Assembly: GCF_009914755.1 (NCBI RefSeq)
Contig: NC_060934.1
DNA length: 64,000 nt
Reading direction: 5' to 3' (one strand)
Source of the DNA: the human T2T-CHM13v2.0 reference genome, Homo sapiens
The position numbers were made by a program, and so were the translations under genes. A model generated the notes under the pieces. That model saw only the letters and a list, made by a program, of their open reading frames with translations. It was not told the origin of the DNA and searched no databases. This document shows, in pieces, positions 13,817 through 27,399 of this stretch. How positions within the stretch are numbered: position 1 is the stretch's first letter; each line of letters opens with the position of its first letter.

Positions 13817-15441
13817 TTAATTATGACTTTCTATTTTACTTTTGTATAGCTGTTACCAGTTGTTTTAGGAATAAGTTGAGTTTCAGTATTAATGGGTATC
13901 TAAGCCTTCAACTACTTCCAAATAGACATAGTTAACAAGTGCAGCATTTAGAAAAAAATGTATGAAGAGATTCGATGCAGATAAAATATTTTACCTACAT
14001 TGGAAGAATGCAGCAGCACAAATGGAAATCATAGCTAATAATTCTCACCAAAACAAAACACCTGGGGGTTTCAAAAACATTCTAAATAAGATTCTAAATA
14101 GGATCAGAGCCTAAAACCCCCAATAATTTCTGCTCAGTTAACACTGACTTCTCACCAAAAGGATGAAAAGAAAGATCCTTAAGAGGGGCAATATCTAGAC
14201 TCCCCGGTACCATACTACCACCATGAAGCTATGGCTTTTTACACAGATGACAAAGACATTAAAAAATATATATATACATTGTTCTAGAATTTTATTTTAT
14301 TGGAATGCTTACATTAATATATAATTTTTGCATATTCAAATATAAATATGTAGCAACTTAAGTTTCAAAAACTCTTGACAAATCAAAAGACTAAGTTGTG
14401 GCAAATATGCAGAAGTTCACCAAAATATTGTTAATTCTGCCTCTTACTTTTCAAAACTGCATAGTTCCCCATTCCCATTGCAACTCCCTGGGTTCAGGCC
14501 ATCATCTTATACCTGGATCACAGCAGTAGTTGCCTCTCCCTACTGACAGTGATCATTCTAAAGCTCAAATGTGATCACATCATATCCCCTCTACTTAAAA
14601 TGTTATCGGTGGCTTACAAGCTCTTTATGTTCTGGACTTTACCTCTCTAATCTCTTCTCAGACCACCCACCTTCCAGGCCCCAAGTTTTTACCACAGGGA
14701 TTTGTTACTTGTACGTGCTCACCTCCCCCCTTTAAAAAAAATTTACTAAGCTCTTACTACATGTAAAGAACTGTTACAAGCTTTACTAACACTTATCGTT
14801 TGAATCCTCACAACCCAATAATGTACTGCCCCTATCTTACAGATGAGGAAACAGAGTTAAACAGCTTCTCCAAGGTCATAATGCTCATTAATAACAAAGA
14901 ATTCAAGCCCAGATCAACATCATACCGCCTTGTAGCTTTGTACTTGGCTCTTACTCTTTTCAAATCTCAGTTTAGATGTCATTTTCTCAAAGAAATCTGC
15001 CCTAATAATAAAAGTGGAGGCTGAGTACCTCTTGTTCCCTTACAGTACCTGTTATAGCTCCTTTGTAATGTTTACACTGTACTATTAAAGCACTTCATTA
15101 ATGATGAGTTTTCTTCTCTAAATATAAACTCAGTTGGGACAAGGCCTGAGGTGGTCTCCTGTGGTATAGCCCCAGTACCTGGCTTATAAAATATGCTGGG
15201 AAGATGTTCATTGTACATAGTTATCTTCTTAATATTTACTGAATGCCTAAATGGGAATCAAAATTATCTTCACTTTACTTAGGCACACTTACACAGACAA
15301 TGTTGACCCTTTGTTGCTAATCTTCAAAACAACGGTAAAACAGTATTACAACTTTCTTATGCATAGATTCTCTCTGCAGACTACTTCAAGTATCCAAATG
15401 GGGAAGATTGCACCTAAAATGGAAAAGTCAAAGTCACTTAC

Positions 15442-15603
15442 TTTGACATGGGTTTGTTGCCACTGTCCTCCTTTGCCTTCCTTCCTTCTTCTACAGGCTT
15501 GAGGTTCAACAGTGGAGTCACTTCAGCATTGCCATAACCAGCAAAGGTGATTGCAGCGGTGCCATTTTCTTCATCTATCTCCTCAATCTCCGCTTCATAA
15601 CAC
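15442..15603 (-). CDS. SMNDC1: SMNDC1 exon 4 (Tudor domain)
   Basis: tttacag|G acceptor; CYEAEIEEIDEENGTAAITFAGYGNAEVTPLLNLKPVEEGRKAKEDSGNKPMS, an SMN-type Tudor aromatic cage; donor AA|GTAAGT; 162 nt. Confidence 0.96.
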
Positions 15604-15840
15604 CTGTAAAGATATCATGGCTGTAAGCAGGTGAGTAAAGGTTTAGTACTCAGCCTACAAGACTTATACTGTAGTGATAAAATTATTACATGTGTCTATA
15701 ATGAAACTTCTATAATCAAATGGTTGTTTCAGCAAAGAGAATACAAAAGAGTGGTTGAAGTTAGTTATCTGCTATCAAAAAAGGACATCCCAATCATAAT
15801 ATTGCTGGGCAAGTCTCTTACATGTACCTACTCAACGTGA

Positions 15841-16162
<322 letters not shown>

Positions 16163-16522
16163 GAAAAGATATTTCTTATAGGAATGATGTCAGTGTATGC
16201 TCTTCACAGAATTCTCAGAAAAACCAACCATTCACTCAATTTTCAATTAGAGAAAATAATTTAGATTATTTTAGAAAACACCCATTCATTGTCCTGTTTT
16301 TCTTTCCTCCAGAATCCCAGCCATTCTTCTCCCCAAAACTTAATCTAAAGCTAAAACTAAACTGTATTAATGGCAACCACCCAAGAATCAAATTGGCTCT
16401 ATAAATCATACTGCCTAATAGAAGTCAAGATTAAAATAGGGTAGTTAAAACTGAATAAAAACTTCTTACCATTGTATTTTATTATTTCATGTTATAGTTA
16501 GAGTTTTTTTTTCTACACTTAC

Positions 16523-16665
16523 TGTCCATCTTCACTCCAGACTGCCATACACTTGTCTCCTACTTTCCATGAATGAGTAGGTTGAGTAGAAGCAAAACTG
16601 TCTGAACTTGCAAGCGTCTCAGAAGGTTGAGTTGACAGAAGGTCTTTGGTTAGTTCTATAACTTC
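16523..16665 (-). CDS. SMNDC1: SMNDC1 exon 3 (start of Tudor domain)
   Basis: tttttag|GAA acceptor; EVIELTKDLLSTQPSETLASSDSFASTQPTHSWKVGDKCMAVWSEDG; donor CA|GTAAGT; 143 nt. Confidence 0.96.
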
Positions 16666-18421
16666 CTAAAAAAGAAAAACAAAAACTACAACATTATTTT
16701 TATAATTCTCATTGTCAACTTAGTTTCTGATGACAGCCTTCATACTGTACGTTAAGTACTCTACATATATTTCATTTGCAGCTCATAACACTATTAAGCA
16801 AGTACTGTGATTATCCCCATGTAGAAACTGATACAGTATTGTCTACCAGTTAAGTGGCAGAGCTGTGACTTAAGCCCATATAGTTGCCTTTCAACTTAAC
16901 CACAAATACTAATGAAAATATAAGACTTGAGCTTATACCATGCATTATTTCTAAGTGCCTATTTTAGCTGAATAGATCTCTCTAAAGATGAGAAAGTCAA
17001 GTATGAGGCACTGAATTAGATACTCTTATTGTAACATATTTTATGCAACTGTACTGTTTTATAGGGCATTACTCAGCAGTATTAACTGCCAAGCAATCCC
17101 AAAACACTTTAAGCAGCTTTATTAGTAACAAAAATGTTCCTACTTATACATATCTCGACTAAAATACTACAGGCAATGTAAAAGAAACCAGTGGTCTTCC
17201 TATTCAATTATTGTAAAACTCACCCCATCTGGGTAAGCAAATTACCAGGTTAGATTTTAAATGTTCCATACCTTAATGTTAAGCACATTAGCACAGCTTC
17301 ATTTAAAAGGGGGAAAAAAAGGTAACACACAAAGGCAATGCCTTTCTGTGTGGCAAATATTTTTTTCTAATTCAGGCTTACATTTATTGGCTTCATTCAA
17401 AGATGTTTGGTGTAGGGATGGCTAAAAAATTGAGAACAGTACAAGCCGACAGATTCTGCTACCTGTCTACTATATTGTTACTCTAATGAAGATCCACACT
17501 ATGCATCTTATCTGATCTAAGAACTTGCATAGCTGTTCACCCATTGTTGCATTTAAAACATCATACTGTGTGTTTGGGGAGAAAAATTAACAAAGTTAAA
17601 CTATGTACTGAGTTTCTTCTAGTTCCCACTGAGGTTTCATAATAGTAATTTTGATTCCAGTAGCCAAGAAAGTTAAATATTACCTCTCTCCTAAAGATTC
17701 TAAATCTTCCTGGCTATTTCTGAAAAAACTAATATTTGAGTCTTAAATCTCTTGAAGAAAGGTTAGTTTTATAAATAAATAAATAGAACACTTAGGTTTG
17801 ATTTAAAAATTTAGTAGGAATAATATCTCTAAGTTTTATTAGTTGCCAACTAGCCATTAATTAGATCTTTTTAATTAGACAGTCCTTTGCAAACAAAGCA
17901 AAGAACCTTCCAAATAACTAGATCAAGTAGTACACAACAGAAGAGTAAATTATCTGGTCTTATTTTTAACCACTTTTAGGGGTAGGAATGTAATCCAGTC
18001 AGCCTGACTCAAGAGCCCACACAAATCTCTATCATTAAATACTTCCAGATCCACCTAGGGATCATTTAACTTAAGCACAGACATGAATTCTGCACTTGTA
18101 GGTTTCAGATTTAGAACTCTATTTCTTTTAGGACAGAACTGTTTTCCAAATATATTTTGTTAAAGAAATATATTTCATCAAAGAAAAGGGTCCTGAAAAG
18201 CTGTGCATATTAGTGAATTCAGAGGCCTGTGCTGAAATGACCCTTTTTTAGAAAAAATCCAGAGCATTTACTCCTAATGTCCTTTAACTTTGCCATGGTT
18301 TTACATAACCCTCCCAACAAACTATGAAGAACCTTCTAAATTTCTATTCTTCACATGTGCGTATGGACCAAAGTATTAGAAAAACTATTTTATGTATGAG
18401 GGGGTTCTTGAAGGTACATAC

Positions 18422-18611
18422 CATTAATTACTTTTCCTCCCTCAAGTCTGAGTTCTGAAACTGCTCCTTCATCGACAGATGGGCAGCAGTTACAGTAATC
18501 GGCAATTCCAGGAAGCATCAGGTGTTGTGATCTACATATCAGCAGGTCAAATGGGGTGCACTCAAGCACTCTGCTTACTGAAGGAAGGCGTTTCGGGGAT
18601 GCAGAGAGCCA
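18422..18611 (-). other. SMNDC1: Candidate NMD-inducing (poison) cassette exon in SMNDC1 intron 2
   Basis: Donor ATG|GTATGT at 18422/18421; acceptors at 18611 (attacag|TGG) and 18577 (ccttccttcag|TAA). Either choice yields a premature stop. Boundaries are inferred from motifs only. Confidence 0.55.
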
Positions 18612-19419
18612 CTGTAATATATGAGACAAGTGACTTGACCCCTGCCTCCTTTAGAACCAGCTTATTCAGCAAAACAGCCTAATAAATTGACTATCTCTGA
18701 TTATCATAGACTGCCCGGGGAGCTAGTCAGCTAGCTAGCCTGGATTTTATCACACCCACTTTTTTAAGTGAAAAAAGAAAGGCAGGACTTTAGTAGATTA
18801 TTTTGCTGCCTGCTGAATAACTTTAGTCTCTATGAAAGACAGTACATGAAAGAGATAAACATGGAAACCTTACTGGCAAAATGAAGTCATTGAAAAGATG
18901 CAAAAAAAGCATTTTGTCATAAAACAAAGGGCAAACAAATTAATAACTGGGATAAGGATCTAATTCTATAGAGGAACACAAGAAATTAGAAACCATATGA
19001 TGGTCAAAAAATATTAATATGAGGAAGCCACAAAATCAGTCTGAACAGACTTTTCACCAAATATAACAAGCTGAATTAAATACCCATAGCATGAGATACA
19101 TCCCAGAAGGCAGAGAAGGAAAAAGGAGGGGAATGAGGGGGGGAACCCCACAGCAAAATAGAAGCTGTTAAGTGTAGTCTCAATGGAGACAACAATTACT
19201 GGGTGGAAGCTTATAGCCAAATACTTTTCAGAGTATTACCTCATCTTAAAAGATGGTTTCCGTTTTTGAGTAGTTTTCAATTCAAAATAGACCTTATCTA
19301 GGGACCAAAATGAAATTTCTAATGATAGAATAAAATGGGAAGAAACTCTGATCAAGACTGGTCACGAAAAACATTCTGTTATTACTATCTGAAGTATTAA
19401 AACTTGCACTTCTAAATCC

Positions 19420-19595
19420 TTGCCATCCAGTATGGTAGTCACGTGTGGCTAATTAAGTTATACTAAAAACTCAGCTCCTAAGTAAACCTAGCTGTATTTC
19501 AAATATCCAACCAAATGTGGCTAGTGGCTATGGTACTGAATAGCAGATATAGAACATTTCCATCATCACAGAAAGTTCTACTGGACAGTGCTGTT
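19420..19595. mobile_element. hAT-Charlie MER3/MER33-like DNA transposon
   Basis: tgtggctagtggcta...tatagaacatttccatcatcacagaaagttctactggacagtgctg signature. Confidence 0.7.
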
Positions 19596-21342
19596 TTAAA
19601 TGGTTATAGAAAAGAGGATACTTTACAGAAAAATGATTTCCAGGTCATTATTAACTGAACCCCTGCAAGCAAGCCTTTTAGGGGCTTACTACAGTGTTTA
19701 TCACAATGGTTTCCCCCTACAGTACTTTCCACTATGATGATCATGACATGGTAAGGCAGTTCTGCTCAGACTCTAATGAGGAATTATTCTAGAAATATTA
19801 AAAAGACCTGATGATAATGCTATTTCTAACTCCACTCCCAAATTCCCCAACCCAACCAGTTCAACAAATACCCCTCCTCCCACTGCCCAAGAAGCAATAT
19901 ACAAAACATTGGCACCCAGTGTTTTCTTTTCCTAAAAAAGGACTGCTTAAGTTGGTAAAGGTAGTCAAGGCATCTCTCTTTGGGGCAAACAGAAAGCACT
20001 TTACAGAGTGTAAGAAAATAAGAGGTCGGTGTGCCTCTGTTGCCTCATCTTCAATGTATACTCACAACATATGAGCAAATCAAATGGACAGGTGGCAAAC
20101 CACTGGGTTATTTCTCACTTAAGGGCCTGGGAGTGGGAGAAACTGCTCCCAAAACATCTTTTTTGTATTGACTGGCACCCTGAAGCCCACAGGCCTGGCT
20201 TCTACGTATCGAAGAGGGGTCTTGTTCATATTGAAATTAACCCAGATAGTTTGTGTGTGTTTAAAAATAACATACTACTGCAATTTTATTCTAAATGTAG
20301 AACTTGAAAGTATTCAACTCATCTTAATTACGCCCAGATAAGCAGTTCCAGAATCCCAAATCCGGACCCTATTTCCGTTAAGTTTGTTTGCAGTTCTGAT
20401 ATCCCTAAAATAGTAATAGTTTTAACGGGCAGTGGGATAATAAAGGGAGGGAATGAATTTTTAGAAAGGATACAGATTTGAGTTTAGTACTCAGTCGGTA
20501 AAGCAATCTCTAATCAAAACACCCTTGAAACTTTTTAAAAATCAGGTTCAGAATTTAAAGGAAGCTCTTAAAAGTCATATATATTTGCAAATTATATATG
20601 GCATTTTTCTGAATCAGTCTGGTGTCCTGAAACACAAAAGGTATTTACTATGATGGCTCTATGTTTGTCTTGAAATCCCAGTGCAGGTTTTCAAAAAAAG
20701 GTTTCATTATCTACTAAACTCTACCATGACAAAGATCTCCTTTTCACCACATAGTTCAATTTCCACAAGTGTCAACAACTTTACTGTAAAACCTAGCCTT
20801 AAGTCTGAACATCTATGTAACAATTATACAAAGCACTTGTCTCTCTTTAGGCATTTTTGTGGTGTGTTTTCAATACAAAATGTAATCCACTAGCTTTGGG
20901 GAAAAAAAAAAGGCACGCATTTTCAAAGAATCTTGTGGTATTAAAAAGAATCTTAAGGTTCTATTTTTCTCCTTCAATCTTTGTTACTTTTTGAACTAAA
21001 TTTCATTTGCCAGGTCTTAAAAACTAAAAGCGTTTTTCATTGTGAAGTTACATGTACCTCTCGTCTTGAAAATCTGACAGACTTGGAAATTTCTATCAAC
21101 TTTAGTTTTTAAAAATTATGTAAGCACACAAGATTTATATAACAAAGAACAATATTTCACTCTGATGTACAGAAACCTGAGAACTGGGGAAGCAACCCTA
21201 CTTCTACAAGCAATGGTACCTACAGAATTTACATATATACATAGGGTGGGGTGTAACCCCTCAAAAGGCGCTTTGGGTACTTAGGGATTCAAGCAATAAT
21301 TTGAAAAACAGAGAAAAAGTACAATTGTCTACCCATACTTAC

Positions 21343-21462
21343 TTGTAAATCTTTCTTCAATTTTAGCAAATCTTCATTTTCTCCATTTCCAGATAATGCA
21401 GCTTCAACTTGCTGGAGCTGAGCTTTGTAGCTTGCCAGCTGCTTTGCTAAATCCTCTGACAT
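21343..21462 (-). CDS. SMNDC1: SMNDC1 exon 2 (aa 1-40)
   Basis: ttttccctag|ATG acceptor; MSEDLAKQLASYKAQLQQVEAALSGNGENEDLLKLKKDLQ; donor CAA|GTAAGT; 120 nt. Confidence 0.96.
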
Positions 21463-22239
21463 CTAGGGAAAATAAAAAGGGTTAGACCATGAAAACTAAA
21501 CCAAAAATCAAGGCATAAAAAACTAACTCCCCTGTCTGCCTGAATTACCAGTTTTTGCCTCTAACTCCTTCTAACACTGCAGCTTAATTTACCACCATTA
21601 CCTTTACTCTCAGTTTAGACTTCAGCTAAACCACAAACTTAAAGGCAACAGATTCTGAGGATTATAAACTTGAGATACATTCCATACTTTAAAAAAGCAT
21701 ACAGATACAAAGAAATTTCTAATTTTCTTTTAACTCCTATCCACAGGGTAGGTGCTGAATTCGGCTCAATAATCAGTGTTATCTTTTTAAAAAGCACTAC
21801 TCTGTTGGAAAAGTCGAAACTTTCAAAAACAATCCAAATACTTATTTTTAAGCACTACAGTATGCTTCCAAAGCCAAACAAGTGCGTTTTTAAATTAACT
21901 ACACAAACTACGATCTTTACTTGAACTATTCAATTAAGAGTGTATTTAAAAGTGCCTCTCCAAAACAAAAATCTTTCGCCCAGTCGCTTAAATATTTATC
22001 GGTGCATTATCTTCAGCAAAAAGAACAGCACAGGTACTCTCCCATTTAGGCATTCTAACGAATGTGCCTTTCGCCAAATCCAGCTCAGTCATTTTCCTGA
22101 AAATAAGATACCAATTAACCTTTTTTGATGGTTTATAAGCAAATGTACCACGTTTCCGAGGACCCTTCTCCTTCGTAAAATTCCCGTCCAACCAAAGGCT
22201 GGGAGCCTGCAAAGGCCCCCTAAGAGTTACAGCGACCCA

Positions 22240-22980
22240 GGCTGCTCTCCTCCCCGCCACGCAGCACCTCAAAGCCCGCCACAACTCGATCATTCGGACG
22301 TGGAAATCCACACGCCAGCTCCAAGACCACCGCCGGAGCCCCGCCGCGCTCCAACAGGCAGGCTCCACAGGGAGCCGCGCGGCGCCCAGCCCCACCCGAC
22401 CCGGTCCCCTGCGGGCCGTGTTTGCCGCCGCCGCACGGAGGCCAGCGCCGGCCGGGCCGCCGAGGCTCAGCTCTGGCTGAGAGACGGCCGTGGCTCCGGG
22501 ATCCAGGGCCAGCGCCTGGGCGTCTCCGGCGAGGCGGGCTCCTCAGCCTTGGGCCTCCGCTTCACCTCGGGAGGGACCCGGGCCCGGCCAGGCCTTACTC
22601 TCTCCCTCAGGGGGGTTGTTACCTTGTGTGGGGCTGGGGGCGGGGCGGCGGGAAGGGGTCGGGGCAAATGAGCCCAGTGGTAGTGGCGGTGGCAGCAGCA
22701 GCAGTAGCAGTAGCAGGAAAATCACCGCGACGACAGCAAGGCGACCCGGTCTGAAAAGGAAGAACTCGGTCGGCGGCGAGGGGGAAGGGAGGAACGCCGG
22801 GCACTGGAAGGAGGAAAAGACAGAGACGGTGAAGTCTCGCGAGAAATACAAACTCTCGCGCGAGGTCGCTCGACTCACGTGACTCCGCGCGCCCTCTAGC
22901 CAGTCCCTGGCTGTCAGGGACACGAAGTAGGCGGGGCCTAGGAAGGAAATGGCGTAGCTGGGCTTCGCCAGGCGCGGAAT
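22240..22980. promoter_or_regulatory. CpG island / SMNDC1 promoter
   Basis: GC- and CpG-rich. Contains TCTCGCGAGA palindrome 22835-22844, TCACGTGAC E-box 22875-22883, GC box 22930-22937 and YY1-like AAATGGCG 22947-22954. Confidence 0.9.
22623..22860 (-). other. SMNDC1: SMNDC1 exon 1 (non-coding 5'UTR)
   Basis: Inside the CpG island; donor ACACAAG|GTAACA (GT 22622-22621); no upstream ATG on the - strand. TSS position is approximate. Confidence 0.75.
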
Positions 22981-22989
22981 GCAGGTTAT

Positions 22990-23130
22990 CTTCCTGGAGT
23001 TCCGGCTTGGAATTTATTGGAAATGCAAATTCTCAAGCCCCACCCCAGACCTCCTGAATCCAGAGACTCTTGTTTTAATAAGCTCACCAGATGATACCAA
23101 TGTCCGCTGACGTTTGAGAACCACTGCTTT
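22990..23130. mobile_element. MER5A-like DNA transposon
   Basis: aaatgcaaattctc...ccccagacctcctgaatc...tttgagaaccactgc. Confidence 0.7.
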
Positions 23131-23280
23131 TCCGGGGCGGTGGTGGTGGGTGGCGGGGGGTGTTGGTGGGGGCTCTCTTTACGTTGCCCTGGCTGGTCTC
23201 CAGCTCCTTGGCTCAAGCTATCCTCCTGCATCGGCATCCCAAAATGCTAGGATTACAGGCGTGAGCCACCGCGCCCAGCC
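23131..23280 (-). mobile_element. FLAM (Alu monomer) with a G-rich tract in the tail position
   Basis: Alu left-arm sequence ~23173-23280; TSD tgagaaccactRcttt at 23115-23130 and 23281-23296. Confidence 0.8.
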
Positions 23281-23787
23281 TGAGAACCACTACTTTATAT
23301 GATACAAGCCTTAGTAGTAACAGAAAGCTAATTAAATCGTGACAGAAATAACCTATTGGAGAGAAGATTGATTTCTTTAAAATCTGTTTTGTTAAAACCT
23401 ACTTGGTTTTAATTTAGTTGGGTTAATCTCGCCTGATAGGGAACAACGTCCAAGTTAGTCTAGAATGGTAAAGAGTGGTAGGAATACTCACATTTGTGTT
23501 CAAAAAGAAATGCCCCTTGTGTATGTTTGTAATAATATATACGCTTTCTGGACGGATACACAAACCTGTTCAGAGGTTTGGAGTGGAAGCCAAATGTTTT
23601 ATTGATTACCCTCTTTGCTGTTTACCCTTTTTCCTTTTCTTTTTTTTTTAAACCATATATATATAATTTATTTCAATTAAAAAAGCAATAAAGGCCTGAG
23701 ACACAAAGTTTTATATAGATGACAGGAAGCAACCTTTCCTGGGAGGTTGGGAGTTTGTTGCTGGATCCATAAAAAGGCCCACTTCTC

Positions 23788-24052
23788 GCGGATCACCTGA
23801 GGTCAGGAGTTCGAGACCAGCTCGACCACGTGGAGAAACCCCGTCTCTACTAAAAATACAAAAAAAAAAAACCAACAACAACAACAACAACAAAAAGCCG
23901 AGCATGTTGGTGCATTCCTGTAATCCCAGCTGCTCGGGTGGCTGAGGCAGGAGAATCGCTTGAACCTGGAGGCGGCGGTTGCGGTGAGCCGAGATCGTGC
24001 CATTGCACTCCAGCCTGGGCAGCAAGAGTGAAACTCCGTCTCAAAAAAAAAA
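23788..24052 (+). mobile_element. 5'-truncated AluSp-like element with (CAA)n in its linker
   Basis: 17-bp TSD aaaaaggcccacttctc at 23771-23787 and 24053-24069. Confidence 0.9.
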
Positions 24053-24959
24053 AAAAAGGCCCACTTCTCAGATGGGCTCTTTTGAACTGTGCCAACATCT
24101 TTAGTTCCTAGTTTTCTTTTCAAGGAGCCTTCCCTTTTGTTCTCTACACACACACACATAACCCTTGCAGTGAGTCAGATAACCTGTATAGATGGAAACT
24201 AGGTCGGGTTTGTGAGTGTGAAAGATTGAAATTGCAGCAGAGGGCAGCAGTGTGTAGCTAGAATTAAGAAGGCAGACAAAACAGAAAGCATGTGCTTTTA
24301 AATAAATATTCGTTTAAAATAAAATGTAGTTTTAGAGAACTTCTGTTATTGTAATTGTGTGTTTTAAGAACCGATGCGAGGAGGAACTTCCTTGAATATA
24401 AAGTCAACCTTATTGTGTAAAAATCTCTTAAATGAGAACTTTTCCTGAACCCCATAGATCAGAAAATAGGCAAATATTCATTATAAGTTCCATCATAGAT
24501 TTCTATACCATCTTAATAATTTTTTCAGGATTGTTTTTAGGATTGTTTTTATCTATGCAACATTCATTTATAAAGAAAAGCTATATTGAATTTTAATTTT
24601 CACAAAGAAATAACAGTTTGTATGTGCCAGATACCATTCTAAGCACTTTACACAGGTTCATTTAATTTTCACAATTGTATGCGGTGTTGCTCCAGACAAA
24701 ACTGGAGCAGACAAAACTAAGAGCAATACTTCAAATAGGCTTTCTGAATTACTATTTCCTTTGAAGTGTCAAAATTTACTTTCAGTGTCTGATTTTTCTT
24801 AAAACATTTGCATTCAAACTTAATCATGTTTATTTAAAAAAAAGTATCTTAAACCTTTAGTTTTGAAACGTGATATTTATTTTATTGAAAGACAGTAAAT
24901 AAATAAAATGTAAAGGCTCCAAATTGTCATCAGAATATACAGCTATTTCCTTTCTACTA

Positions 24960-25825
<866 letters not shown>

Positions 25826-26388
25826 GGCAGAGACTGCATTCTTTATCTCAGCTTTTATTGTATCATTTCCTGACTAAAAGTAGCCCCAGATTTGGCCGCG
25901 TTTTTTCTATCTTGACAAAATGCCAAAGGTGATGAATTAGAGTTGTGTACATAATCATAGTAATTGTTTTATGCTCCTTTCTTTAGTCCTAATAAGTGAT
26001 TTGAATCTTTGCATAATTTGCTGCAGGACAAGCTACTTGCCTTTTTGTGCTTATTGAGTGTTTTTGGATACAGTACATGGAACACATATATCCTGGGATG
26101 AAGCTTAGGTGGCATCATCCATTTAAAGTTGATGGAAAACAACCTGAAAATGGTGTTGGTCAGCGCAGGTCTTCAGATGTTCATCAGTCATAGCAATCCT
26201 GAATTGTTTGCTTAAATTTGTATTGCACTGCTAGCCTTAGGATGTGCATTTCAATTATTCTGTATTTTACACGTACCATTGAGGAACAGAAGACTGTACC
26301 ACTAAAAAACAAAAATATGCCACTAAAAACGGAAAACGAGAATTTCTTCAGGTTGAAAAAGATTATAGTCTAAGGCTTTACAGGATAA

Positions 26389-27034
<646 letters not shown>

Positions 27035-27399
27035 TTGAAATGGCAGTTCTTTACTACTTATTTAGAAGTGGTGCTTAATAGTACTCCAACCATACATTCT
27101 TAGTGGTTTATATTCTGAGAGCAAAAAGAACAAAAACAAGCAAAAGCCCTCAAACACCACATATTTATTGCCAGTAGTGGTATTGGTAATGTAATTTTGA
27201 AACTCAGGCCTACTATAAAACAAACAAGAAATTTATTAGTAGAAACTCTAAGAGGAAAGAAATACAAATATCCTTTTTGTATTTTTAAAAGAAGATCCAC
27301 CTTCTTTTATATTTGTACTTCTTTCCTCTTATAGTGGGAAAAACTGATGTTAAAACCTCTGATGTTAAATTGAATTAGAATTTTTCATATGTATATTTC

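Noticed and set aside
21988-22923. Several overlapping 61-135 aa ORFs
   Set aside because: Stop-poor CpG island artefacts. An N-terminal extension of SMNDC1 is limited by an in-frame TGA at ~22724-22722.
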